Positions 1 through 7,309 of a DNA stretch of 23,049 nt are shown here, piece after piece. A program made the position numbers and the translations under genes. The notes beneath the pieces are model-generated. The model was not told the DNA's origin and made no database searches. It worked only from the letters and a program-made list of their open reading frames with translations. Every line of letters begins with the position of its first letter. The stretch's first letter is position 1. Source of the stretch: Snowella sp. (lineage in GTDB: Bacteria; Cyanobacteriota; Cyanobacteriia; Cyanobacteriales; Microcystaceae); the NCBI GenBank assembly GCA_035285545.1, contig JAYKGY010000133.1, positions 1-23,049 of the forward strand. The letters are read 5' to 3'.

Positions 1-64
1 CTTGTATGATATTTTGTACACTAATTTGAGGCAATTTAAGAAGATTTTCGAGAAAGTACAACAT
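1..64 (-). CDS. ISL3-family transposase, N-terminal fragment (MLYFLENLLKLPQISVQNIIQ...)
   Basis: Manual translation. The 'ENLLxLPxIxV' start resembles cyanobacterial ISL3 transposases, and it sits 60 bp inside the IR with an RBS. Partial. Confidence 0.72.
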   Translation of the reverse strand, partial: MLYFLENLLKLPQISVQNIIQ

Positions 65-124
65 AGTTCAGTCCTCATATAATGTATACCATTATACACT
101 TCTCACTGCTAACCGCGGAGAACC
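1..124 (-). mobile_element. Left end of an ISL3-family insertion sequence (rest outside window)
   Basis: The - strand from 124 reads GGTTCTCCGCGGTTAGCAGT..., a GGTTCT terminus typical of ISL3 IRs. It is followed by TATAAT (96-91), a GAGG RBS and an ORF start at 64 that runs off the window edge. Confidence 0.8.
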
Positions 125-192
125 AAATTAATGCGTTTCAAGAAGCTTTAAAGGAGGTCGTTAAAGATGGTTCTAGCCTTATCATCGAATGA
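125..192 (+). pseudogene. 3' tail of a gene interrupted by the IS (...INAFQEALKEVVKDGSSLIIE*), probably the ATPase partner of the TPR gene
   Basis: The frame is open from the IS boundary to TGA at 190-192 and overlaps the TPR start at 167. The AFQEAL-type tail and the overlap resemble cyanobacterial ATPase + TPR gene pairs (inference). Confidence 0.45.
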
Positions 193-1720
193 GACCCAAG
201 CCTTTATCGAAACCAATCAACAAACATTAGCAGAATTATTGACTTTTCTGGATTTCACTGACCAAAAATTAACGTTAAGTTTTATTGAAATTAATTTTGA
301 GTCAGATAAACGCTTATTAATTGACATTTTAAAAAATCATCCCGATTGTCAGAATATTGAGTTTTTGATTTTGGAGTTTGCTGATCCTGAATTGCGTTTT
401 TTACAGGATGAGTTAATTGCTAAATTAAAGGCTTTTAAAGGTAATCCTCAGAAAAAATTAGTAGTAATGCTTTTAGGCTTAGAGCATTCTATTGGGATGA
501 CAGGCAGTTATCCGCCGATGTTGCAAGATTTGAATTTTATTCGTGATAGTTTATTAACCACTGTTCCCCATCCGTTGTTATTGGTTTTACCCGATTATTC
601 TTTAACCCGTGTAGCGAAATATGCCCCTGATTTTTGGGCTTGGCGATACATGGTTTTTCGCTTTAAAACGACGAAGCAAGTTAAGGAGCAAGCGATTGAT
701 CAAACCTTACAAAATAGAAACCTTTTAGAAAGTTATACGTTACCTGAAAAACGAGAAAGAATCGATTTATTAGAGCGTTTATTAATGGAATACTGTCCAT
801 CGGGTCAAGCCTTAACGGAGGAAAACCGTATTCCCTATATCCAAGTTTTGCAAGATTTAGGCATTTGTTATCGTAGTCATGGGGTTTGGGACAAGGCGAA
901 AGGATTGTTAAACGAAGCGTTATTGTTAACCGAAAATCAAGAACCGTTAGAAGCTTGGCAAGCCAGTATTCTCCATGAATTAGCTTGGATTTATGATGAT
1001 CAAGGAGAAAAGGAAACCGCGATCGCCCTTTATCAACAGTCCTTAGAACTGAAAGAAAAAATAGGGGATGTGCAAGGCAAAGCCGCTACTCTGCACTGTT
1101 TAGCTATGATTTACGCGAATCAGGGAGAAATTGACCAGGCGATCGCCCTTTATCAACAGTCCTTAGAACTCAAAGAAAAAATAGGTAATGTGCAAGGAAA
1201 AGCCGCTACTCTGCACCAATTAGCCATACTTTACGCGAATCAGGGAGAAATTGACCAGGCGATCGCCCTTTATCAACAGTCTTTAGAAACATTTGAAAAA
1301 ATAGGGAATGTGCAAGGCAAAGCCGCTACTCTGCACAACTTAGCTGATATTTACGCAAATCAGGGAGAAATTGACCAGGCGATCGCCCTTTATCAACAGT
1401 CCTTAGAACTCAAAGAAAAAATAGGGGATGTACAAGGAAAAGCCGCTACTCTGCACTGTTTAGCCATAATTTACGCGAATCAGGGAGAAATTGACCAGGC
1501 GATCGCCCTTTATCAACAGTCTTTAGAAATCAAAGAAAAAATAGGGAATGTGCAAGGCAAAGCCGCTACTCTAGCCATGATGGGTCAATTATTGGCTGAT
1601 GAAAAAGGGGATTATCAACAGGGTTTAGCCTACCTAGAACAATCCCTCGCCATTCTGCAACGATTACGTTCCCCTGATGCTGCCACTGTCCAACGGATAA
1701 TTGCGCGGATTCGAGGATAG
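167..1720 (+). CDS. TPR-repeat protein with N-terminal degenerate P-loop/STAND-like domain
   Basis: 517 aa with AGGAGG RBS at ~152-157. The N-terminal domain has LNFIRD...PLLLVLP...APDFWAW motifs and no Walker A. The C-terminus has 40-aa TPR units (AIALYQQSLE..KIG.VQGKAATLH.LA.IY.NQGE). Confidence 0.9.
   Translation: MVLALSSNETQAFIETNQQTLAELLTFLDFTDQKLTLSFIEINFESDKRLLIDILKNHPDCQNIEFLILEFADPELRFLQDELIAKLKAFKGNPQKKLVVMLLGLEHSIGMTGSYPPMLQDLNFIRDSLLTTVPHPLLLVLPDYSLTRVAKYAPDFWAWRYMVFRFKTTKQVKEQAIDQTLQNRNLLESYTLPEKRERIDLLERLLMEYCPSGQALTEENRIPYIQVLQDLGICYRSHGVWDKAKGLLNEALLLTENQEPLEAWQASILHELAWIYDDQGEKETAIALYQQSLELKEKIGDVQGKAATLHCLAMIYANQGEIDQAIALYQQSLELKEKIGNVQGKAATLHQLAILYANQGEIDQAIALYQQSLETFEKIGNVQGKAATLHNLADIYANQGEIDQAIALYQQSLELKEKIGDVQGKAATLHCLAIIYANQGEIDQAIALYQQSLEIKEKIGNVQGKAATLAMMGQLLADEKGDYQQGLAYLEQSLAILQRLRSPDAATVQRIIARIRG
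1019..1572 (+). repeat. Intragenic 120-bp tandem repeat (~4.6 units), each unit starting with a HIP1 site
   Basis: GCGATCGCCCTTTATCAACAGTC recurs at 1019, 1139, 1259, 1379 and 1499; the units are near-identical at DNA level. Confidence 0.97.
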
Positions 1721-1758
1721 GGGGACTTTGGGGACTGGGAGACTGGGGGACTGGGGAG
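1720..1758 (+). repeat. G-rich short tandem repeat (GGGGACT-like, STRR-type)
   Basis: GGGGGACTTT GGGGACT GGGAGACT GGGGGACT GGGGAG directly at the TPR stop codon. Confidence 0.8.
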
Positions 1759-1890
1759 GTAGGAGTTCAAGGTGTTCAGTGAGCTTATCGAACTGCTTGC
1801 GCCCAAAGGCTTGACCCCATTCGTTGATGTCGTTAGATTGGCAGGCGAGCATTATAAAATTGACATTACTAATCTACGAATTAAAGGAAA

Positions 1891-2094
1891 ATGCCTAAAA
1901 AAATTCGTGAACTGAAGGCAATCTTGAAAAAAGCTGGATTCTCTGAGTATTCTGGAAAAGGAAGTCATACTAAGTGGCTGCATCCTCGGTATCCTGGTCG
2001 TATCACCCTTGCAGGCAAAGATGGTAACGACGCTAAACCCTACCAAGAAAAAGAAATCCTAGAAGCCGTTAAAATTGTTAATCAAGAGGATTAA
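1891..2094 (+). CDS. hicA: HicA-family toxin
   Basis: 67 aa, basic; MPKKIRELK.IL.KAGF...GKGSH signature and AKPYQEK tail; AAGGA RBS. Confidence 0.92.
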   Translation: MPKKIRELKAILKKAGFSEYSGKGSHTKWLHPRYPGRITLAGKDGNDAKPYQEKEILEAVKIVNQED

Positions 2095-2098
2095 AAAA

Positions 2099-2299
2099 AT
2101 GACAAACCAACATTATCCAATGGTAATTATTTGGTCAGATGAAGATGATTGTTACTTAGTTCATTTTCCTGATTTTCCAGAGCAAAAATTTCGGACTCAT
2201 GGTGACAGTTATGAAGAGGCCGCTAAAAATGGTCAGGAAGTTTTAGAACTCTTACTAGAAGAAGATAGTCTACCCATTCCCGATTTTATAGTTACTTAG
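2099..2299 (+). CDS. hicB: HicB-family antitoxin (short form, no DNA-binding domain)
   Basis: YPMVIIWSDEDDCYLVHFPDF...THGDSYEEA motif. ATG at 2099 after a GAGGA RBS is preferred over 2075. Directly downstream of hicA. Confidence 0.9.
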   Translation: MTNQHYPMVIIWSDEDDCYLVHFPDFPEQKFRTHGDSYEEAAKNGQEVLELLLEEDSLPIPDFIVT

Positions 2300-2334
2300 C
2301 CAGAGCCGAAAAACGCTTAAAAACAGTTCAGTAA

Positions 2335-2577
2335 ATGCTTCTCCAAACAAAAAACTCATCAATTCTTAATCCTACTTTAGAAACTTTATTATCAGAATTA
2401 GGAGAAGAATGTAATACCGTTTTAACCCTTCTCCATCAATTAACGTTATCTAATCTTAGCGATGATCAAAAAGGCGATATTTTAGCCGAATTAGTTGGCT
2501 CGATTACCCATTTACACGTTCACACAGAAAATCTACCCGACTTAATTGGCGATGAACTATTACAACTACCCGATTAA
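2335..2577 (+). CDS. Small acidic helical hypothetical protein, possible orphan antitoxin
   Basis: 80 aa, Leu/Glu/Asp-rich, inside the TA cluster; preceded by a TAA-ATG junction with a possible toxin tail remnant. Confidence 0.7.
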   Translation: MLLQTKNSSILNPTLETLLSELGEECNTVLTLLHQLTLSNLSDDQKGDILAELVGSITHLHVHTENLPDLIGDELLQLPD

Positions 2578-2595
2578 AAATAAGAGAACCTAAGC

Positions 2596-2620
2596 GGCGA
2601 TCGCTCTTGCTCAACATGAT
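2596..2620 (+). repeat. 25-bp direct repeat, copy 1 (GGCGATCGCTCTTGCTCAACATGAT)
   Basis: Identical to 3720-3744; both copies continue with NNNTTAGA. Confidence 0.95.
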
Positions 2621-2735
2621 GGATTAGAGTTTCAACGCTTGAATCCATTGTGGGAAATTTTTTCGCTAAGATTCAGATAAACATATTCTTCAATTTCTCA
2701 CTACTATCCCTATTCATACAAACCCTTAGAATCCC

Positions 2736-2951
2736 ATGAGTCAAACCCTAGAACAACTAAAAACGTCTTTGTTTGCCTTGCCCGTGAATCAACAACAATG
2801 GCTCCTCGAACAACTCAGTCAAAATATTGCCAGATTAACCCCCGAACATGAGCTAGAAACAATGGCAAACGATCCCCATATCCAAGCTGAAATATTAGCC
2901 ATTAACGAAGCCTTTTTTGAAACAGAATTAGATGGCTTAGAAACTTCATGA
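2736..2951 (+). CDS. Small acidic hypothetical protein, antitoxin-like
   Basis: 71 aa. The C-terminal MANDPHIQAEILAINEAF.ETELDGL resembles small cyanobacterial proteins I associate with PemK/MazF partners (recollection, unverified). ATGA overlap with the next gene. Confidence 0.65.
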   Translation: MSQTLEQLKTSLFALPVNQQQWLLEQLSQNIARLTPEHELETMANDPHIQAEILAINEAFFETELDGLETS

Positions 2952-3199
2952 AAACAAGAACGCTTTTTCAATCGGTGGAACTCTCTCAAGATGTCCCGAA
3001 CACAAACTTTCATCAAGGCGATCGCGGAGTGATTGTCGAACTCCTCGAACCCAATGAAAACGAACCCGAAGCAGGCTATCTCCTCGAAATGTTTCAAAAT
3101 GGAGAAACCCTTGATGTTATTGCCGTCCCCATTTCCTGGGCAAAACTTTTCTCAAACTTAGAAGTCAATCCTGTGCCGATTTCTTCTATTAACAAATAA
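2948..3199 (+). CDS. DUF4926-domain protein
   Basis: LFQSVEL.QD.P....HQGDRGVIVE...GYLLE.F..GETLDVIAVP pattern. Confidence 0.8.
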   Translation: MKTRTLFQSVELSQDVPNTNFHQGDRGVIVELLEPNENEPEAGYLLEMFQNGETLDVIAVPISWAKLFSNLEVNPVPISSINK

Positions 3200-3214
3200 T
3201 TTAGACAAGCCAAT

Positions 3215-3469
3215 ATGCCAACAATCCTATATTTCAAAGGCTGGAGATTTTTCTTTTATGCCGATGAAGGCAATGAACCTGTTCATATTCATGCCCAAAA
3301 AGGCGATAGTGAATGTAAATATTGGCTAAACATTGAACTTTATGACATTCAGGAAGCCTACAGTTACGGTATGTCGCCCAGGGACACCAGAACAGTCCGC
3401 AAAATTATTATGAATAACTTCGATGATATTGTCGAAGAATGGCAACAATTTAAGAGGCAACAACAATGA
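3215..3469 (+). CDS. DUF4160-domain protein (putative TA component)
   Basis: MPTI...GWRFFFYA.EGNEPVHIH...ECKYWL motif. Confidence 0.88.
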   Translation: MPTILYFKGWRFFFYADEGNEPVHIHAQKGDSECKYWLNIELYDIQEAYSYGMSPRDTRTVRKIIMNNFDDIVEEWQQFKRQQQ

Positions 3470-3714
3470 ATAAATTTTATAACGTACAATCTATTGAATT
3501 CAATCAAGAATGGATGACCCTAACTCTTGACATTGCCACCTATCAAATTCCCATTAAACAAATCTCTAAACGTCTTTATACCGCCACCGAAGCAGAAAGA
3601 AACTTTTATAAAATTTCTCCCTCTGGTTATGGAATCCATTGGCCAGCCATTGATGAGGATTTAAGTATTAAAGGTTTAATTAACCTTGCACTCCAAAATC
3701 AAGAAGTTGCTTAA
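3466..3714 (+). CDS. DUF2442-domain protein (putative TA partner of DUF4160)
   Basis: RL..AT..ER...ISPSGYGIHWP.IDEDLSI.GL motif; ATGA overlap with the DUF4160 gene. Confidence 0.88.
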   Translation: MNKFYNVQSIEFNQEWMTLTLDIATYQIPIKQISKRLYTATEAERNFYKISPSGYGIHWPAIDEDLSIKGLINLALQNQEVA

Positions 3715-3719
3715 ATTTT

Positions 3720-3744
3720 GGCGATCGCTCTTGCTCAACATGAT
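3720..3744 (+). repeat. 25-bp direct repeat, copy 2
   Basis: Identical to 2596-2620; begins 5 bp after the DUF2442 stop. Confidence 0.95.
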
Positions 3745-3848
3745 ATTTTAGAATGAACCAGTCCGGTTGATAAAGCTTGATAAGATAAAAATAAGTATTT
3801 TTAATACAAACAAATTTTAGTGTTAACAGCATTAATAACGAGGTAATC

Positions 3849-4850
3849 ATGGCGGAGTCTCAACAAACTATTCTCGTAACTGGCGGGGCGGGCTATATTG
3901 GTTCCCATGCGGTCTTGGCACTGCAAAAAGCGGGTTATAACGTCATTGTGCTGGATAACCTTTCCTATGGCCATCGGGAATTGATTGAAGACCGATTAAA
4001 AGTAGAACTCCTCGTTGCCGATACCAGCGATCGCGCCTATTTAGATAATTTATTTGCGACTCGTAAAATTGACGCGGTGATGCACTTTGCAGCCTTTATT
4101 GCCGTCGGGGAATCGGTTCAAGAACCGGCGATGTATTACCGTAACAACGTTTTGGGCACCTTGACCCTGCTAGAAGCGATGATTGCGGCGGATATCAAAA
4201 AATTTGTCTTCTCCTCCACCTGTGCTGTCTATGGAATGCCAAAAGAAGTGCCCATGACGGAAAATCATCCCATCAATCCCCTCAGTCCCTATGCGGCGAG
4301 TAAGCGGATGGTGGAGCAAATCCTAACCGATTTTGATCAAGCCTACGGGTTAAAATCCGTGATTTTCCGTTACTTTAATGCCTCTGGAGCCGAACCGACC
4401 GGACTATTAGGGGAAGACCACAATCCCGAAACCCATCTGATCCCCTTAGCTTTATTAACCGTACTGAAGAAACGCGAATTTTTATCGATTTTTGGCACCG
4501 ATTACGATACTCCTGATGGAACGGCGGTGCGGGACTATATTCACGTCTGTGATCTGGCTGATGCTCACGTTCTTGGCTTGGAATATTTACTCAAAGGAGG
4601 CAATAGCGATATTTTTAATTTAGGCAATGGGAATGGGTTTTCCGTCCGCGAAGTCATTGAAACCACTCAACAGGTCACAGGTCACACGGTAGCGGTCAAA
4701 GAAAGCGATCGCCGTGCGGGAGATGCTCCCATTTTGGTCGGTAGTAGCAAAAAAGCAAAAGAAACCCTGAGTTGGAATCCCCAATACGCCGATTTGAGCA
4801 AAATTATTTCCCATGCTTGGCAATGGCACCAACAACGCCACGGAGCTTAG
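3849..4850 (+). CDS. galE: UDP-glucose 4-epimerase
   Basis: TGGAGYIGSH, HFAA..AVGES, FSSTCAVYG, YxxxK (YAASK), FRYFNA, DGT.VRDYIHV. Confidence 0.96.
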   Translation: MAESQQTILVTGGAGYIGSHAVLALQKAGYNVIVLDNLSYGHRELIEDRLKVELLVADTSDRAYLDNLFATRKIDAVMHFAAFIAVGESVQEPAMYYRNNVLGTLTLLEAMIAADIKKFVFSSTCAVYGMPKEVPMTENHPINPLSPYAASKRMVEQILTDFDQAYGLKSVIFRYFNASGAEPTGLLGEDHNPETHLIPLALLTVLKKREFLSIFGTDYDTPDGTAVRDYIHVCDLADAHVLGLEYLLKGGNSDIFNLGNGNGFSVREVIETTQQVTGHTVAVKESDRRAGDAPILVGSSKKAKETLSWNPQYADLSKIISHAWQWHQQRHGA

Positions 4851-4878
4851 GGAACAGATCTTCAATTAATATTAAATA

Positions 4879-4913
4879 GCAAGGGGGAGGTTCCACTTTT
4901 TCCTTGTTTTTTT
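4879..4913 (+). terminator. Probable intrinsic terminator after galE
   Basis: CAAGGGGGAGG-TTCCA-CTTTTTCCTTG stem (with G-U pairs) followed by a T7 run. Confidence 0.6.
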
Positions 4914-5030
4914 AGCCCATCAACTTTAGGCAAACGGTTAAATTGAAGCCCTAAAATAGGATTACCTCATACCCAAAGGGGTAAATCTCTTGCATAATTT
5001 GAATCTGATGCCTATCTTCAATCCTTGCTA

Positions 5031-5486
5031 ATGTTCAATTTGATTAAGCCTGTTACCGACTCCTCTAAGCAATTAACCCCTTTTATTCCTGTTTTTCTCG
5101 CGATCGCGGTGTTGCTAAATGGCTGTGCAGAAACCAAAACAGCCCAATGCCAAAAAATCTTTCTCATCACCAAAAAAATGGCCGATGAAAGCGCGAAAAG
5201 TCGGGAAACCAAAGATCCCCAACAGGTGTTGCAAGTGGCAGATGCCTTTGAAAAAGCTTCAGAACAATTGAAAAAGTTAGAGCTAAAAGATCCCCAACTC
5301 GCTCAATATCAACAAGGGCTAGCGGATATTTACCAAGGAAATGCCTCAACAACGCGGAGTTTTGTGAAAGCAATTGACAATAAAGATATTCCTACGGCTA
5401 AACTTGCCCAGGATGAAGTCAAGCACATTGGCAAGAAAGAACAGGAACTGGTAACTGCCACCAATCAATACTGTCAGCAAAATTAA
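5031..5486 (+). CDS. Helical lipoprotein, hypothetical
   Basis: Hydrophobic stretch ending in lipobox LLNGC; two further Cys near the ends of the mature part. Start is uncertain (5025 or 5031). Confidence 0.75.
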   Translation: MFNLIKPVTDSSKQLTPFIPVFLAIAVLLNGCAETKTAQCQKIFLITKKMADESAKSRETKDPQQVLQVADAFEKASEQLKKLELKDPQLAQYQQGLADIYQGNASTTRSFVKAIDNKDIPTAKLAQDEVKHIGKKEQELVTATNQYCQQN

Positions 5487-5556
5487 CTATGCGGTTGATG
5501 AATTACCCAGTCACTTATTTTGCCAGATTTAAAAAGCGATTTGAACTCAATAGACC

Positions 5557-7044
5557 TTAAGGTAGCCATTGAGGACGAAAACCAGCTAGGGGTAATTCCT
5601 TTAATTCAGGTTGTTTGTCACCGGTATTTTCGAGGGGCGGAATCAATAACCATAATTTACCGCCTAAAACGGACTCCCCTGCACTCGTACTTAAACTGGT
5701 ATTAAAATTGCTGGCATTACTCGCTAATACTTGATCGAATAGTAAGGCTAAACCATCAGGCGACAGGCTAACTTTGGTATCTCGATATTCTGGTAAAGCG
5801 GCGAGGGGAACAACTTGTCCTGTTTTTAAATTGATTTTGGTGAAATAGGGCTGTTCTTGATATTCTTTGCCTTTCACTAAATCGGTTAGTAGACAATAAA
5901 GTTCTGTATTGGTCGTATTAAATTGACAGTTGATAATGGAGCCTTCTGTGTTGAGTAATTCCTTTTGAATGCCTTGATTGTTGACATAAAAGAGCGATCG
6001 CTTAAATCGCATTTTGGCATTATCCGTATTGAAGTTGACCACCGCCGCCGCCGAACCATCGGGGGAAAAACTTAATAATTGCCCAAACTTAGGTAGAAAG
6101 TCTAGGGGTTTTGAGTCGGGTTGTAAGGGTAAAATCCCAATTCCTTCTCCCCTGGCCACGGCTAAGCTTTGGCTATCGGGCGCGATCCGAAAATCTCCTC
6201 CAGTTACTTTTAATCGGGTTGGTTCTTCGCCGTCTTTAATCATCCACAAATCAAAATCAGCCGGATTCTCTCGGTTAACCCGTTGAACGACAATAATTTT
6301 GCCATCCGCCGAAATATCAAATTGATTGTTTTGGTATTCCTTGTTATCGAGGATTAACTGGGGAGCTAAGACTATTTCAGGGTTGTTCGTTCCTTCGATC
6401 GGAATGCTATAAAGTTGCAGTTGTCGCAGTCCGTCAAACCCCAGGGATTTATCCGCAGCAGAAAACAGAACGCGATCGCCGTTAGGGTAAAACTTAAAAT
6501 CCACCACCGTTAAATGCTTGGGGGTTAACAGCGTCTTTTCCTGTTGGGTTAAGTTGTAAAAAATCAGTCGTCCTGCTTCTTCCGCTTGGGTTCCAATATA
6601 GGCAAAAGCGCGATCGCGGCTCCGAAACTCTCCCACAAAGGGTCTCATCTCCTTCCCTTCCTTATTGTGGGCTAAAAACTGTTCTTTGACCCCAGAGAGT
6701 TGCACTTGATACTTTTCGCCGTAGGGAATCGGGGTTTCGAGGGTATAGGCTAATCGACGACCAGCCCAACTAAATTTCCCTGGCAAGGGGGGAATAATGG
6801 TTAATTTTTTTTCGATTTCTTGATGATCCATCGGACGGTCAAACGTCAAGATAAAAGCCTTATCTTCCGAGCCAATCACTTGATCTTGCCAACTAAAACT
6901 TTTAATCCTGGGTCGATTTTCAAACCAACAGTTTTGATTGCAGACTTTTTCGCTAATTATTAAGCTTCCCATGACTACTGTTAGCCCTGCAATGAGGCTC
7001 ATTGCAACTTTATCAACAGGTTGTAAGCTCTGTTTATCGATCAT
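5557..7044 (-). CDS. Membrane-anchored protein with bacterial Ig-like domain and TolB-like beta-propeller
   Basis: N-terminal TM; LTFDRPMD...PPLPGKFSW.GRR (Ig-like); repeated FYPNGD / ISADGK / IAPDSQ / FSPDGS / LSPDG blade motifs. ATG at 7044 preferred over 7131. Confidence 0.8.
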   Translation of the reverse strand: MIDKQSLQPVDKVAMSLIAGLTVVMGSLIISEKVCNQNCWFENRPRIKSFSWQDQVIGSEDKAFILTFDRPMDHQEIEKKLTIIPPLPGKFSWAGRRLAYTLETPIPYGEKYQVQLSGVKEQFLAHNKEGKEMRPFVGEFRSRDRAFAYIGTQAEEAGRLIFYNLTQQEKTLLTPKHLTVVDFKFYPNGDRVLFSAADKSLGFDGLRQLQLYSIPIEGTNNPEIVLAPQLILDNKEYQNNQFDISADGKIIVVQRVNRENPADFDLWMIKDGEEPTRLKVTGGDFRIAPDSQSLAVARGEGIGILPLQPDSKPLDFLPKFGQLLSFSPDGSAAAVVNFNTDNAKMRFKRSLFYVNNQGIQKELLNTEGSIINCQFNTTNTELYCLLTDLVKGKEYQEQPYFTKINLKTGQVVPLAALPEYRDTKVSLSPDGLALLFDQVLASNASNFNTSLSTSAGESVLGGKLWLLIPPLENTGDKQPELKELPLAGFRPQWLP

Positions 7045-7309
7045 GAGGATAATTTCAAGAGAGTGTGGGAGGACAATGTGCTTTTCTACTATATCCCAGG
7101 TACGGCGAGGTAAGGCGATCGCGGAGATCACTGACTCCCTGAGGAAAGCCGATGATGAACCCCATCAATACAATCTTTAAAAAGCTTTCGGGTTAACCTT
7201 GGATTAAATCTTAAGAAAACTAAATTTTTGTGGAAATTTGGTAAAAAACTTAAGCTCTATTGATAAACTTTTCAGCATGATGGTTAGGAGTGTTATTCAG
7301 GTTAAAAAA

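Noticed and set aside
1019..1572. CRISPR array or diversity-generating retroelement
   Set aside because: The repeats are contiguous in-frame coding units without spacers, variation is not restricted to adenines, and there is no cas or reverse transcriptase gene in the window.
1664..2046. Minus-strand ORFs of 62 and 64 aa
   Set aside because: Antisense to the TPR end, the G-rich repeat and hicA; no recognisable motifs.
2583..2590. AGAGAACC resembling an ISL3 end next to the 25-bp repeat
   Set aside because: Only 7 bp match the IR at 118-124 and there is no transposase remnant; could be chance.
2819..3097. 92-aa minus-strand ORF
   Set aside because: Shadow of two better-supported + strand genes.
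4620..7180. Short alternative ORFs (4620-4865, 5018-5212, 5167-5373, 5520-5705, 6014-6286, 6938-7180)
   Set aside because: All overlap well-supported genes on the opposite strand and show no family features.
7192..7210. Pho-box-like TTAA repeats at 11-bp spacing (GTTAACCT-TGG-ATTAAATC)
   Set aside because: Only two imperfect units in AT-rich DNA, and no phosphate-related gene is adjacent.
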